A stretch of 64,000 nucleotides of DNA, from assembly GCF_036321535.1 (NCBI RefSeq), contig NC_087437.1, forward strand, positions 3,534,001-3,598,000. Reading direction: 5' to 3'. This DNA comes from Camelus dromedarius. Lineage: Eukaryota. Positions 1 to 12,958 of the stretch are shown here, piece by piece (position 1 is the stretch's first letter; the number at the start of each line of letters is the position of its first letter). The notes under the pieces were generated by a model. The model was given only the letters and a program-made list of their open reading frames with translations, searched no databases and was not told the origin of the DNA. The translations under genes and the position numbers were made by a program.

Positions 1-394
1 TGGTTATTATTTCACACAGCAAATATGCAACCAAATTTCATGGAAGATGAAAAACAACAGGAGTTCAGGGGTTTGCAAGTGTTCATTTCCTTTTGTGTAC
101 ACCAGAAGCTCCTCTAAGAATAGCACCTATCAATTAAAAAAAAAAAAGAGGGTGTGTCTATTTTAGGGCTGACTGCCGCCATCAAATGTGCACAGAGGGT
201 AAGCGGCCTGTGGAGGCCGGGCCCTAACATTTTCAGTTGTGCTTACCTGAGAGAGACAGTAGCCAGAGACTGGGAGTTTAATTACTCTGGGCTGCCAGCA
301 TGGAGAAGCTTAGCTTTAGAAACAAAACCTGCTTTTCTGTAACAACAGACTGGGCTGGCTTCAGAACTGACTAAGGCCCTCAAGTATATCAGCA

Positions 395-419
395 TTAGGG
401 TTAGGGGTTAGGGTTAGGG
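395..419 (+). repeat. Short interstitial telomeric repeat, (TTAGGG)4 with one extra G
   Basis: ttaggg ttagggg ttaggg ttaggg read directly. Confidence 0.9.
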
Positions 420-650
420 CCACCGGGGCCCCCACACCCATCAATAGTGGCCTCGGGGATGCTCTGCCAGCCCGTGAGGAGCTGGTGTGCAGGGGAACCG
501 AGGCCCCTGCCAACCTGCTGCTGTGTGAGCGAGCGAGTCGCCGGGAAAGGCATCCTCCAGCGCCCGTCCAGATCTCCGATGACCTCGGTCTTAGCAACAT
601 CTGACTCCAACCTTCCCAGAGACCATGGGCTGGCACCCAAGCCGAGCCGC
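420..650 (+). mobile_element. Degraded MaLR (MLT1-like) LTR fragment
   Basis: cctccagcgcccgtccagatctccgatgacctcggtcttagcaacatctgactccaaccttcccagagacc resembles the MLT1 motif cctccagccccagtcaagccttcagatgactgcagcc...tgactgcaacctcatgagagacc. Confidence 0.5.
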
Positions 651-2739
651 CCCTGGCCTTGGGCCCCACAGCAACCACGAGGGGTAGAGGGACGAACACT
701 GTTCTCAGCCTGCACATCGCGGAGCAGGCTCTGGGCAGTGCAGCCACAGTTTAGGCCCCAAGCTCCTGCAGGGGTCAGAACGTGGAACAAACGTGGAACA
801 ATGTTTCTGCACTGACCAGGTGTGAGATCGTTGTCGTGTTGCTGCAAGGTGCCTGTATAAATGCTGTGTTACTAAGTTCTCATAAAGACCTGAGTAATAG
901 GAAGAAGGGCGTGTCCTTTGGGGATGGATGAAGAATCCTAAAAGTCATGTGGGGAAATGCATGTCAGAAGAGGAGAATATCTGAAAAAATAAGAAAATTT
1001 GAAGACATCTGTCTGATCAGACATTAAAGCATTGCATAAAGGCAGTGGAATGAGAACCCTCTGGCACTGACCGAGGATTCAGAAGCTAGCTCAGCAGGCT
1101 GAAGGAGGAGTCATAAACAAGTAATATTCAGGAGTCATAATATGGAGCAAAAGAATTTAAATTAAGTGGAAAAGAATAAATTTTGCTGGTGTAAACACCT
1201 CAAGTGTGAAAAATAAGACAAAAAGTCTAGAAGAAAACTAAGGAGGCTATATATAAAACACTCTTAAAAAAACAAACAAACAGAAAAGCTAGAGTCTATT
1301 AAAGTTGTCACATTTGCCTGCATAAAAAAAGTAAGAAATTTCCCCCTCCAAAAATCCCAAAGAAACAATAAACAAAATTAATGACATAAAATAGACTGGA
1401 AAAAATCTGCTACACATATGATGGAAAAGGAGGTGGTAATATCTTTCTAATAATTCAGTTTAATCCATTGAACATTAAATCGAGTGTGCTTCTTTTTCCC
1501 CACACAAAAAGGATATTAAAGAGCCCAGTGAACGCCCTTTATCGGGAAAAGACTTCATTTGTTTAGGAAAAATAATGACAGGAAGCTACCAAGACAGGTC
1601 ACGTCCTACCGACGCCAGTGGAAGCGCCCACCACCCCACCAGCCAGCCTGCCCCGGCCCCGGCTCCTGCCTCTGTGCCTCCGCCCATCCCGCCCCTGCAG
1701 GGCCCCCGCCTCTCACGCCAGAGCTCCCCTGGTACTAAGGACTGTGTCACATGCTGCCTTCTCCTGGCCCTTGATGACGTCTATCCCCCAGCTAAAAGTG
1801 ACCCCCACACTCTCTGAACCCTTTTCTCCTTCTGTTCAGTTATTTAGGCCCTTGTCCTGGTCCTGCTCTGAAGTTACAGGCCTTCAATGGCAGGACCCAG
1901 ACCTAACACGTTGCCGTGCTCCAGCACCTTCCTCGACAAAGTCCATCAAGCTGGATGAGATCACGACGTGTGATAGAGGAACGTGTGGTTGTGGAGTTTC
2001 TCCCTTAGCAGGCTCAACTTCATGCCTGGAACGTTCTTCTAGGTAATAGGAACACACTGAACGTTCTTTGCTAGGAGTATACTGCTAAGAACAATCAGTA
2101 ATACTGTTTTAGGAATCTATGTATGTGACCAAGCCTCTCCCCCACTGCCTTCCCATCACCACACTCATGGCCAGTAGCAGACACACAGCAGGTTCTCTGT
2201 GCACTGCCACCAATTCTGAATTTATGGCATCCTTTCAAGTGTTAAGGAACTTATTAAATTTCTGTAAGACATGAACAGAAGGGATAGTGGCAAAGAGCTT
2301 TTGTGCATTCACATCAAAATGATCCCAGTGCTTTTGGATCCACAATGTCCCTCCTCTCCTCCAAATACAGTGGTTTCTACGTGTCAGTGACCAAAGGTAA
2401 AACACTCTGCGGAAGTCGCTGCAATGATGAGGAGAACTTCTTTTCTGTCGAGGTGGAAGGCACAGCAGTGCAAGATTAAGTGGCTGCCAGTCATCCCCGC
2501 GCTGAACGGCTCAGGGTTTGAAGCGCTTCAGCAAAGGAGGCTTCGAAGGGATTCAGAAGCCCCGACGTCCTCTCTGGTCTAAAGCAGTCCCATTGTTTAG
2601 TGGGGATTGAACAGTAATTACCAAGGCTCAGTGGGAGAACTGAATGGAAACAGTTGTCAAAAAGCCAAATAGGTGAGACGTGCCAGCACGCTAAGGGACC
2701 CTAGTGGACAGAGAGGTTCTGAAGCATCTCTTGTATTCT

Positions 2740-2901
2740 TTTTTTTTTTTTTTTTACATTTTTTATTGACTTATAATCATTTTACAATGTTGTGTCAAAT
2801 TCCAGTGTTCAGCACAATTTTTCAGTCATTCATGGACATATACACACTCATTGTCACATTTTTTTCTCTGTGAGTTATCATAACATTTTGTGTATATTTC
2901 C
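2740..2901 (-). mobile_element. Young 5'-truncated L1 3' end with 16-bp TSD
   Basis: Poly-T then L1 3' UTR; perfect direct repeat gcatctcttgtattct at 2724-2739 and 2902-2917. Confidence 0.92.
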
Positions 2902-5900
2902 GCATCTCTTGTATTCTAATGACTCCTATGATAACCCCCAGCTTGGATCTATGGAGCAAGCCTTGTTGTAAATACAGCATCGGTCTGCAGATGACGGCCC
3001 TCTAGAAGTACAGCTAATTTCCCAAACATTAAAAAGTGCTGAACTTCTTACGTTGCCCTGGTTCACAATCCATTTCCTAAGAAACAGAGACAGAGTTTTC
3101 CTTTCTAAGTCCCATGTAAGGGAAAACAGAGGTCATCTTCTCGGTAGCGAGGGGCCTCAACAGTTACACCATCTGTTGCCTCTGTAACAAGAGCCTGTAA
3201 CCGGTTCCCCATCTCAAGTCACTTCTCCCTAAGAGCCCTCCTCATTGTTTGGTAAAGGAGATCTTTTCTGATCATGCTTAAAAACCAGTGGTATCCCTGG
3301 GCCACAGGATAAAGTCAAACCCTTTAGCCCAGCGCCAAGGCCCTCCGCGGCCGTGGCCCGTGGGTCCAGACGTGCCGACTCTCCTGCACCCCGCACATCC
3401 CACAGCACTGACCGCCCGACAGGCCCATGGAGACGCCCAGGCAGTGCCCACTTGTGCGCTGCCATGCTGCCCCGTCCTCTCCTCGACCACTGGGCAGCGC
3501 TGCATATCTTTCCTTTCATTCATCCAACGACTGCTGGAAATTACTGTGTGCCTGGCTACGTGTTAAGAGTCTGAGAACTTAACTGAGAAGAAGGTCTCGT
3601 CCTGCCCCAGGGCCCCAGGAGAGCACAGCCCTTCTCCTCCACTGACCATGTTCCCAGGCCACGTGGTCCTCCCCACTGTACCCGCATCATCTGCCTCCCG
3701 CACTAACCCGGGAGCTGGGCGGGAGTGGACCCTGTTTTCTTTACCGCTGTGACACTGGCTCACCAGATGTGCTTGTGAATGTGTGTCGGGAAGAATGGAG
3801 TGGAGAGAAAGGCTGCACGTGTCAACCATGGATGTTTCAGGTTCTGAAGCACCTGCCCTGGGGAAATGGCCACTGCCGACACTCTGAGCTGGCCCCCAGC
3901 CCTCATTTCTGGCCTTTCCTGCTCCCTTAAATTTTGTTCTCCTTTCCTCTATTAATTCTTCCTAGGATCCCTCAGCATCTATTCAAGACTGGGAAATTTG
4001 GGGGGGATCTCGGGCTTCATAAAGGAAGTGCCTCCACTTGGAGTGATGTGTCCCCCATGTGCAAAGGAAGCACCTGGGGGTGCTCTCTGCTATTGTTACA
4101 AAGCTTTGCACTGGTTTGTCCAGGACCCCACTGGTGGCTGGGACCATGTTCCAGATAGATCTCCACGTCTGAGTCTTCACGAGGTTCCTGAACCCACCTA
4201 AATGTCCAGTACAGAGGCTGAGGGTGAGGCAGAAATACAATGCTGGTTCCAGGGAAGCACAGGACAGGGCCAGGTGGCCCTCCACACACTGACATCACCA
4301 CAAAAAGACAAAAAAGTGGCTATAAGAGGCTATGTGCATTTTAGCTCACAGGCAAGTTGTCTCTCACTGTAAGAAAGAGAATGTAATTTTATACTTTAGT
4401 AAAGCGTGAGCTCTGAGCTGGTGGGTGAGCGCGGTGAGCGGCTGTCCCGGAGGGACTTGACCTGCAGCAGCAGCAGCGTCACTCGGGACTTGTCAGAAAT
4501 GCGCACCTGCGTCCTCATGGGCCCTCGAGCGTGAGAACCACTGGCCAAGGCTTTAACCTGACCTTGATGCACAGAGGACACTCATGCACTGAACTTGTAC
4601 TTCAGAAAGCCACCTTCTAACTTGGGGTCTCTCCACGCTCCACCCTCTCCACTCCCCTGGGACACAGGAAGTGGGGATCACTGCCCGTTTGTCACAAAGT
4701 AGACGAAGTCTAGGGCGAACCACTGCCAGCACATCCCAGGCCTACAGAGTTACTGCTTTCTTGGTCCAAATAACCAGAAAGGGCATTTGCATCTGCTGTT
4801 CTTTCGTCTCTTGTTGAGGGTTGGGAGAAGCTCTTGAAAACATTTGTGGAAGATAACTGACAATCTAGTGGGCAACAGGGTAACAGATTTCCGAGATGCA
4901 CGTGCCGATGATGACTGTGAACGGAGCGTACGCAGCTGCATCAGAGGCTTCACGTTTAAGGCACAAGACTTAGACGCTGACATAATTAGGTTTACAATGT
5001 CCCTTGGACCCTGTTAACGTTCTGACATAAATCAACAACCACCATGACTAATAAGCAGTAACCATTATGACAGCTGGTGAATCTCCCCAAAATGTAGCTA
5101 GAGCAAAGCAGACGCTGTCTCCCTGAGCCATCTCTTCCCCCAGACCACCCGAGGGGATTTCTTCATGGCTTCTAGGAATGACAGAGAAGCACCGGGAGCC
5201 CTCAAAGTAATAATATTCTCTTCTGCAGTAAGGGTCCTGCTGCGAGGACCTCCCCGAACAGGTGTTTCAGAAGCAAGGCCCCTGATGTCAGTGTCCGCCG
5301 GTGCCCAACCCTCTGCCCTCCCACAGCATCTTAGGCTCCGCACTTTCCCCAGCTCATCCCTAAATCCTCACCACTCACCTGCTGCTTCTCAGCCTCACTC
5401 ACGGCTCTCACCGCCCCGCCTCCCGCCCCGCTCCCTGTGTCTTCTGCATGTTTGTATCAGCTGTATTCCCGTCCTGTCACTTTGATGGTGCTCCAGGCAG
5501 AGATGAATGTGTATTTTTGTCCTCTGTTCCTAATGCTCATTTTTATAAAATCATACAGTCTAGAAGCGAATCTAGATATCATCTATCTAATCCAGCATTA
5601 ATTTTTTTTTTGCAGTGGAATCGTTTTTAAGAGACAATCTTATGTAGAAGTCTAATTTCTAAAACAGGTAAGAGTGAAACTATTTTGTCTGAAGCTGGGA
5701 AAGGAGCAGAGTCTACATCTGATTTCTCTTTAAAATATTTAAAAATACATGTGAAGGGCCTCTTCTGCGCCAGACACCATGTTAGACACTCTGGAGAGGC
5801 AGAGATGAGGGTGTAGACAGGGCTTCTGTCCCTGTGCTGCTCAGGGCACCCCTGCTCCCTCGCCAGCTCCCGGAGCTCCCCATGGAACCCTGTTTGAAAA

Positions 5901-6307
5901 TCACTGAGCTAGTCTAACTAAGGTCCAGAGAGAGAAGTGCTTGCCCAAAGGACAGCCCTCCTGGCCTGCCAGTTTGAACTTGGGATAAATATACCCCTCA
6001 GTGTTACTGATGTGCAGTTAAACAGATCACAGGGTGATAGTGGGGAGGAAAAATCAGAGAGCTGTGTCATGAGTGTGCCTTCTCACACAGAGATGTGGAC
6101 TAAGCCAGAAAAAGGCTATGTACTGTGCATAAAGCTAACACAACAGTGGTGAACACTGGCACGCCCCAACACTTAATCTTTACTCCTGCCAGGCCCTTGG
6201 AAGGGACTGCTTTGGGACACACAATTAAAAAATTTAAAATAAAAATTCACAATCAAATATCAAACAAAAAAAAACCTCACCCCTTTTCACCCAGGACCTA
6301 GAAGAAT

Positions 6308-6478
6308 GCAGTCGTCCCGCGGTACCCGTGGGGGTTGGTTCCAGGAGCCCCCGTGGACACCAAACCCTGCGGAGCTGAAGTCCCTCCGAGGCAGCGGGCA
6401 GTGGTGAACAGAGGGGCCTCCATCCGGGCTCAACCCGCAGAGAGTGAAGCCCGCAGAGAGCAGGCTGGGTCCTCCACT
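6308..6478. mobile_element. TcMar-Tigger (MER2-like) relic
   Basis: cagtcgtcccgcggtacccgtgggggttggttccaggagccccc terminus typical of MER2/Tigger. Confidence 0.6.
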
Positions 6479-7028
6479 ACCCCGTCCGTGTCAGGTGGCA
6501 AATTACCGTCCATACTAGATGTTTGGCTTTCTAACCTGGGGCTTGTCAGATTGAAACAAGAAAGAAACTTAGAAATAGGGTTTTATCTTTGAAGCACAGC
6601 GATCCCATTTATGGAGCCCGACAACACGAAAGAAATTTCAGCTTTGTTTTCTAGGCCAAATCTCCTCCAGGAACTGACTGACCTTCAGCTTGAATGAGTG
6701 CGATGTTTCCAAAGGACTAGCGAGAGTCCTCTTCCAGGAAGCCCGTGAAACCCTGTCACTGCGCCCTGCTGGGCACATGTGACCCCAGGGGACTGCGGAA
6801 TTTAATTATCCATCTTTGGAGGGTCACGTGACAACAACCACCACCAATCCTTCTCTGTGTTTCTGGGCCCGCGGGCCAGATGTTCAGCCTCTGTTGGTCT
6901 CAGCCTCATCATCTGTCAAAGGAGGAGTTTGGACTAAAACATCTCTAAGACCCTTCCACGCTCTTTCCTCCTTGGCTGTCCCGTTAGAATCGGCAGGTAG
7001 ATTTCGGAATCTGAAGAGACTTACTCAC

Positions 7029-7089
7029 CGAGAGAGGAGTGGCCCAGGATGTGTTCCAGACACCTGACCAGGGCTTCAGTGTCACTGTC
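7029..7089 (-). CDS. NEK11: NEK11 internal coding exon, 61 nt (approx. human exon 16); not in the ORF track
   Basis: Minus strand: ctctctcgttccgacag|GAC AGT GAC ACT GAA GCC CTG GTC AGG TGT CTG GAA CAC ATC CTG GGC CAC TCC TCT CTC G|gtgagt = DSDTEALVRCLEHILGHSSL (human DSDIEALARCLENVLGCTSL, recalled). Confidence 0.93.
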
Positions 7090-7624
7090 CTGTCGGAACG
7101 AGAGAGGTTTACTTCCTCGGAAAGTAGAAGGATATTTAATGACATGGAAAAACGCTCTCGCCATGCTTAGGCAGAACGAAACCTGAAAGAATCCAGCTGC
7201 AAAATTATTGTACAGTAGGATCCCATTTTTAAACGAAAAACAGCTCTATCTGTACGTCCGTCTGCATGTGCATGTGTATGTATCTGTTGCTCTGTCTCTG
7301 CTGGGAAGAGCACACGTGAAAATGTGAACAGCAGTGTGACTACAAGGTGGGATTACGGGGGGGCCTTTATCTTCCCCTTTGTGTGCTTAAGTTGCTTATG
7401 AATTTCTATAATAAATAGTGCTTTTTCCTCATAAAAATGTTATCATTATTTTCATTAAAATAGTAATTGATACTTTCAAGATTATACTTTCCTTTCAGGT
7501 TTCTGTGTCTACCAATGAACAGACAGCCTAACCCTCCCCTGGGACCGGACTTAAGAAGGTATTTCTTTCACAGCTTTTAATTAGTGATCTACATCCTACT
7601 AGACACACAGAATTTTTTAAAAGT

Positions 7625-7765
7625 ACTTTTTTTTTTTGGCGGATTACGTTTTATTTTTTATTTTTTAATTATGACTTTTTAAATTGAAGTATAGTTGATT
7701 TACAATGCTTTGTTAGTTTCTGGTGTGTTATAGTGGAGCAGTTATACATGTATATTCTTTTCCAC
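7625..7765 (-). mobile_element. L1 3' end fragment
   Basis: T-rich tract then aaattgaagtatagttgatttacaatg..., the L1 3' terminus seen repeatedly in this window. Confidence 0.75.
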
Positions 7766-8809
7766 AAATATTCCTTAATTAATCTATTAAAATGCTAGCT
7801 ACTCTTAGAATGAAGAAAGGGCTCTATTCAATCTGTATTCAGTACAGTCAGAATCAAGTCAACATTTTTTCCAAGAGAGCATCTCTGCCGTTCTTTGGAT
7901 ATGTATGGTCTTCAAGGGGCCGTAACCCTAGGAAATGCTCTGTTTCTTTACTTTAACCCTCAGTAAGAGTCGGCACCCCCATGGGGGTGGAGGTCGGGGT
8001 GGGGGAGAATCCCAGAACTGTATTTGATAACAAAATATTATCTTTAATACAAAATAAATATCTGTCCTCTACCCAGGAGGCTAGAAATATCCAAAAAAGC
8101 ATCATAATGATGGAGGGAAAACAGAAGCTCTTTTCATCTTCAGGCTTGGGGTTCTCTGAGAGGCAGTAATACCTTGTGGCTCACCTGCCCCATTTCACAG
8201 CAAGCAGCGCGTTTCACGTTGCAGTAATCATGGATTTGGGAAACATGCACTGCAGTGTAACAAACGCCCCTAAAATGTTACGTAACTGTTGGTCTCCACT
8301 TTATAACACCTGGTGGGGTTTGGGCAGCCAGGTTTTGTGCATGTGGTAAAACCCATTTGATTTTCATTTCATTTTCCAGTGCACAGAAGGGGATCCCTGG
8401 TCAGTGCTGGTTCGTGAGGCCAAAGCACCAGAGGAAGACCCCCACGCCCAGCCCAGGGGTAGGGAGGCAGGTACCAAGCACAGAAACAGCAGAGGAAAGG
8501 CAGGCCCTGCCTTCTCCTACAGCCTTGTGGTCTCCACGCTTAGCAAAGGGGGAGCCTTGAGTCAGAGAGGAACGCGCACAGATGCCCTCTGCAGGAAGGA
8601 AGGCAGGGCTCACAACCGTGATGCAGGGGCGACACCAGCCAGGCCAGCCTGGATCCCAGCCCAGACCCTCCGCTGACTGTGCTTGTCCGGGCCATGTGGC
8701 TTGGCTTCTTCCCAGGTCTTAGTTTCTGCGTCTGTGAATCAGATGATGGTTAAGGAGACTTCCAACTCTAAAACCCTATTCTCCTGGCCAAAGAGCCAGA
8801 TGAACAGGG

Positions 8810-9329
8810 AGTGTGGTTAACTGCTTTCAAAGTGGCTATGACAATCACTCCTGCCCTCGTGCTCCGGGGCCATCCCTCCACCATGATGCAGAGGTCTTCC
8901 CTGACCCGAGGCACCTGCAGCTTGCTGTGGCCGCGGGGTGCCCAGGAGCAGCACTGTGTGCCTTCTCCAGCTGGGCCTGAGAGGTCGTGTAGCTTCCATT
9001 TTCACTCTTGGAAGCCAGCAACTACATAAGAAGCCCAGGCCGTTCTGCTGGAGAGGTCCGTTGGGGTTGTCCCTGGAGCAGGAGAGGCCACGGGAGGAAA
9101 ACCAGGGCCCCTGGCCCCTAGCCAGCAGCACTGGCAGACACGGGAGCGAGGCCAAGCCAAGCTCTTGGCTAAACACAGCCAAAGGAGTGACTTCATGCAG
9201 TATTACATGGAGCAGAACTGTCCCCTCAGCCCCGGCAACTCACAGAATCAGGAGGAACAATAAATACATCATGGTTTTAATCCACTAACTTGGGGGTGTT
9301 TTGTTACACAGCAAAAGGTAACTGAGACA
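8810..9329 (+). mobile_element. MaLR MLT1-type solo LTR
   Basis: Ends aataaa...ttttaatccactaacttgggggtgttttgttacacagcaaaaggtaactgagaca, the canonical MLT1 3' end. Confidence 0.75.
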
Positions 9330-9799
9330 CTAAACAAACCAAGGTCACTGACCACATATCTGCTTTTACATCCTGGCACCCAGCACAGACCCTGGCAGGC
9401 GACAAACACTAAATCTTATCTGTGCGTGTCTCCTCCAGCTTCTGTGATTTGCAAGGAGGGAAAACAGAAGGATGGCATGAACTCTGGGTTCTCCCCAAAT
9501 CAAAGTGCATCGCTCCTGGGAGACTGGAGGAAAAAGCAGGTGACTTCTTAACTCTGCAGCCCGGTCGAGCGGTTAACATCTCCCAGCTGCAGTTTTCCTC
9601 ATTGTAATGTGATGAGGGTAATGGTCTCCACCTCACATGGGGCTCTTATGAGAAGCAAATGGAATAATAAAAAGCCTTGACGACAGGGTCTGGCTCAGCG
9701 GAAGTACCTAGTGAAAGGGTGCAACAGCGGTGCCAACTGGTGCCTGCTGAGGCCCTGCAGGCCCCAAACTTCCAGCCCTTAGGCGTCCGCCTGCTCCTC

Positions 9800-10220
9800 T
9801 TTGGGAGATAAACTCCTGACGGGCGTTTGCCTCAGCAGAATTAACAGCCCTGGGAAATGGCTAGTCTCATGGTGCCCACATCTGCTCCTAATTGGGATCA
9901 TAAATTCCACCACCCTACTTGTGTCAGCCCACGTCTCCATCTTACTGAAGTCGTAAATCCGCTCTCCTCCCATGAACCAAAGCCCCCCAGCCCGTTTACA
10001 GCCAGTCAGAAATCTGTCCCCTGCCCCTTTGTGCTCACAGCCCTTCCCCAGTAACAGGCCCTGCACACTCACCCTCGCGGCTCACGCAGGCCCCTCTCGT
10101 CTGTGTGGCCCACTGTTGCCTGTAGCGGTGAACCTAATAAACTCCTTTCCTATTTCATCCTTTGCCTTTGGTAGATTCTTTTACCACCTGCAGTACTGGC
10201 CCTCTATGTGTCCCCCAACA
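9800..10220 (+). mobile_element. ERV-type solo LTR (family uncertain)
   Basis: LTR-like layout: aataaactcc polyA signal followed by U5-like ggtagattcttttaccacc, ending ...caaca. Confidence 0.5.
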
Positions 10221-11319
10221 GGCATGCTAGGGCGGGAAGATGACAGACATGAAAGACTGAGAGGTTTACCCACTGCACCGCCCCACGGCAGGGAGAGTCT
10301 CCATAACCATCTGAGTTGAGACAATGCAACAGAAACAGCAAGAGCCAGAGACAGGGCTGCAGAAGGCCCCTGGACGGCTGGGACACATCGATCACATCTT
10401 CCTAACACAGACGTTAGGAGCTCTGTCCAGGGGTGTGTTGGGGTGGGGGTGGGGGGGTTGGGGCAGGAATAACTCTAATGCTCTAGAATGACTGAATGAA
10501 TACTAACTTTGATTAAGGTCTTAATTCATGCCCCTGTTGTGCCAGCTCACGTGTATTAATTCGCTTAAACTCTGCCAGGGATGCGATTTTTCTCCCCATT
10601 TAACAGCTGACAAAACTGAGGCACAAACAGGTTCCCTAATACAACCAAGTTCACGCAGCTAGGAAGAGGAGCTGCAGGCAGCGCATCTCCAGAGCCTCTG
10701 CATCACAGAGACGGAGAGAAGTCAGGGAGCCCGGCCCAGAGCAGCTCACCATGCTGTTGGAGGAACTGGGGTGTAACCTCGAGGAGACCTAAGAGCAGTT
10801 CCTTGGGAGATGTGTATAAAATATAAGCAATCCAGAAACAAGATGCAGCTACGGAGGGGGCGGGGCGGGCACTTCATCATCAGCTCCCAGCCCCGGCTGG
10901 AAGAGCAGGTCCAGCAGATCGGAGACTCCTGTCTACATGTGGCCTCGGCACGGGGTGGGAGGGGGTGTTGGTGCACTCTCTCACAGAAGCAAGCAACCCC
11001 AGTCGTCATCCTGGTGGGCACTTGGGTCCTTTGCCAACGTCCCTGCCTGCCCCTGAAGACCGTGACCCCAGAGGTCACAGGCAGTGACTGAGCTGAGCCT
11101 TCACCCCCAACAGGGGACGAGTCACCTTCTACCTCCAGGCTGCAGATCAGGGCAGCAAAAGTAAAACTGCCAACTAGGCCCATTGAAAACCTTGTAAGAT
11201 TCTGAAATAATTTCAGACTTACAGTAGAGTTGCAAAAATAGTATGAAAGTTCCCATATGCCTTTCGCCCTGATGTCAAGTTTATGACCTCCCCCATCCAC
11301 CCCCACATACACCTGAGTC

Positions 11320-11515
11320 TCTCAGCCCCGGCACTGCTGACGTCTGGGCCGGGTGTGGGAAGACGCTGAGCAGCATCTCTGGCCTCAGCCCCCTGGATGC
11401 CAGCAGACCACCCATCACCCCTTCCTTTGACCCTGAAATCTGAAAGCCAGACGTGTCACCAGACACTGTCAAAGGTCCATGAGGGGCCAAGCCTCCCCTG
11501 GCTGGGACCCGCTGA
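11320..11515. mobile_element. hAT-Charlie MER20-like element
   Basis: tctcagccccggcactgctgacgtctgggccggg...cagcatctctggcctc...ctggatgccagcag...ccagacactgtcaaa matches the MER20 pattern. Confidence 0.7.
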
Positions 11516-12134
11516 TGCACAAACGTCTCTGTCTCTATGTCCACATTTCCTCTGCTGATCAAATCTAGGGTACTGTGAGGATCAAAATAAGTGATACTAA
11601 TGGGTTATGAGCCATAGCATACAACAAGATGCCAACTGTACCTTTTAACATTTAAATGAAATTCTGTCTGTTTTGACGAAGAGACCACTTATAACAAAGA
11701 TCAGGTTCTGCATTAGGTAACAATTCGGGAACGGAGCTAAAGAGCTTGTTTTACTGCATTACAACTTAACCCAGCACCCAGCTCACTCCTAGTGTCCCAG
11801 AAATAGGCATGTAATGAACATAAATGCCCTCAACAGATACACACTCACCCCGTGAGAAAAGCGGAGGAAACGGAAATGAACTCCACACCTTTCTGAAGAT
11901 GTTTCCTGGCTCGGCACCACGTTTGCGCTCAGGTCAAGGATGACACCTTTCAGGAGCGGAGTTCCTCTCCCAGCCCCCTTTCCCCACCCTTCAGATCACA
12001 GCTGAAATGTCCTCTTCCAGAAACCCTCCCTGACCCCCTCCCCCTAGGTCTCCCCAGGCCCCCACCTCCTCAATCACCTCAGTTTCTTCCTTTTCTACTC
12101 ACTCTCATCTGTTTGTGTACTGGATTGTTGAAGC

Positions 12135-12860
12135 CATCCATCCACCCATCCATCCATCCATTCATTCATTCATTTATTCCACAAATCCTACTCAGCGTCT
12201 GCTCTATGGGAAACACTAGTCAAGGTGCTGGGAATGCAGCAGTGAAAAAAAAAAAAATACAATCAGACTCTCTGCCCTAGTAGCTGCATTCTAGTAGGGG
12301 AGACAGACCGTAGATGAAGGAGCAGATGAGCAGTGGCAAGTCACATGGTGACGGGACTGCGGAGAAAAACAAAGTGGGCAGGGGACTGAGAATGCTTGGA
12401 CCAGCAGGTGCTGTCTTCTATGAATGAGTCAGATTCCTCCCCAGTAAAGTGACAGGAGCAGAGACTCAAAGGTTCAGAAGAAGCCAGTCACTGGTGTGTC
12501 TGGAGATGGGGATTCCAGGCTCCCACAGGCAGGAACACGCCTGGTGTGTCCCAGGAGCAGGAAGAAGGCTGGCCGGATGGAGTAGGGCGGGCAAGGGCAG
12601 GTCTCATTGTGGAGGAGGGAGGGGCGTGTCCATTGGTGGTAGGGGGCCTTTTATTCTGGGTGAGCTGGGCTGGGGAAAGGCACTGGAGGCCAGTGAGAAA
12701 TGACTGCAGTAATCCACTGGGGAGGTGACAGTGGCTCTGGCAGTAGGAGAAGTGCTAAGTGGTGATCTTACTCCAAACATGCTTCAAAGGTCAAGCCAGT
12801 AGGCTTTGCTTACAGACTGGATGTAGGACTGGAGTGAAAGGATGTGGAGTAGGGGCTGAC
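12135..12860 (-). mobile_element. L2 3' end fragment
   Basis: (ccat)n(catt)n tail then ...ggtgctgggaatgcagcagtgaa...tctgccc...cattctagtaggggagacaga, typical reverse L2. Confidence 0.75.
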
Positions 12861-12861
12861 T

Positions 12862-12958
12862 CAGGAGGGGCGTGGCCTTGGCCTGATGCTGCAGTGACTC
12901 AGAAGGGGCCAAGAGGGGGGCAACCAGCTCCCTGCACAACCTTCCTGCAGCCCCGTGG
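12862..12958 (+). repeat. Left arm of a 97-bp inverted repeat
   Basis: Aligns by hand at ~90% to the reverse complement of 14137-14232. Confidence 0.92.

Noticed and set aside
361..847. Overlapping 122-148 aa ORFs
   Set aside because: GC-rich LTR relic plus telomeric repeat (PNPNP); no recognisable domain or exon structure
10746..11312. Longest ORF in the track (188 aa)
   Set aside because: Starts in an old L1-like fragment, non-ATG start, no recognisable protein family
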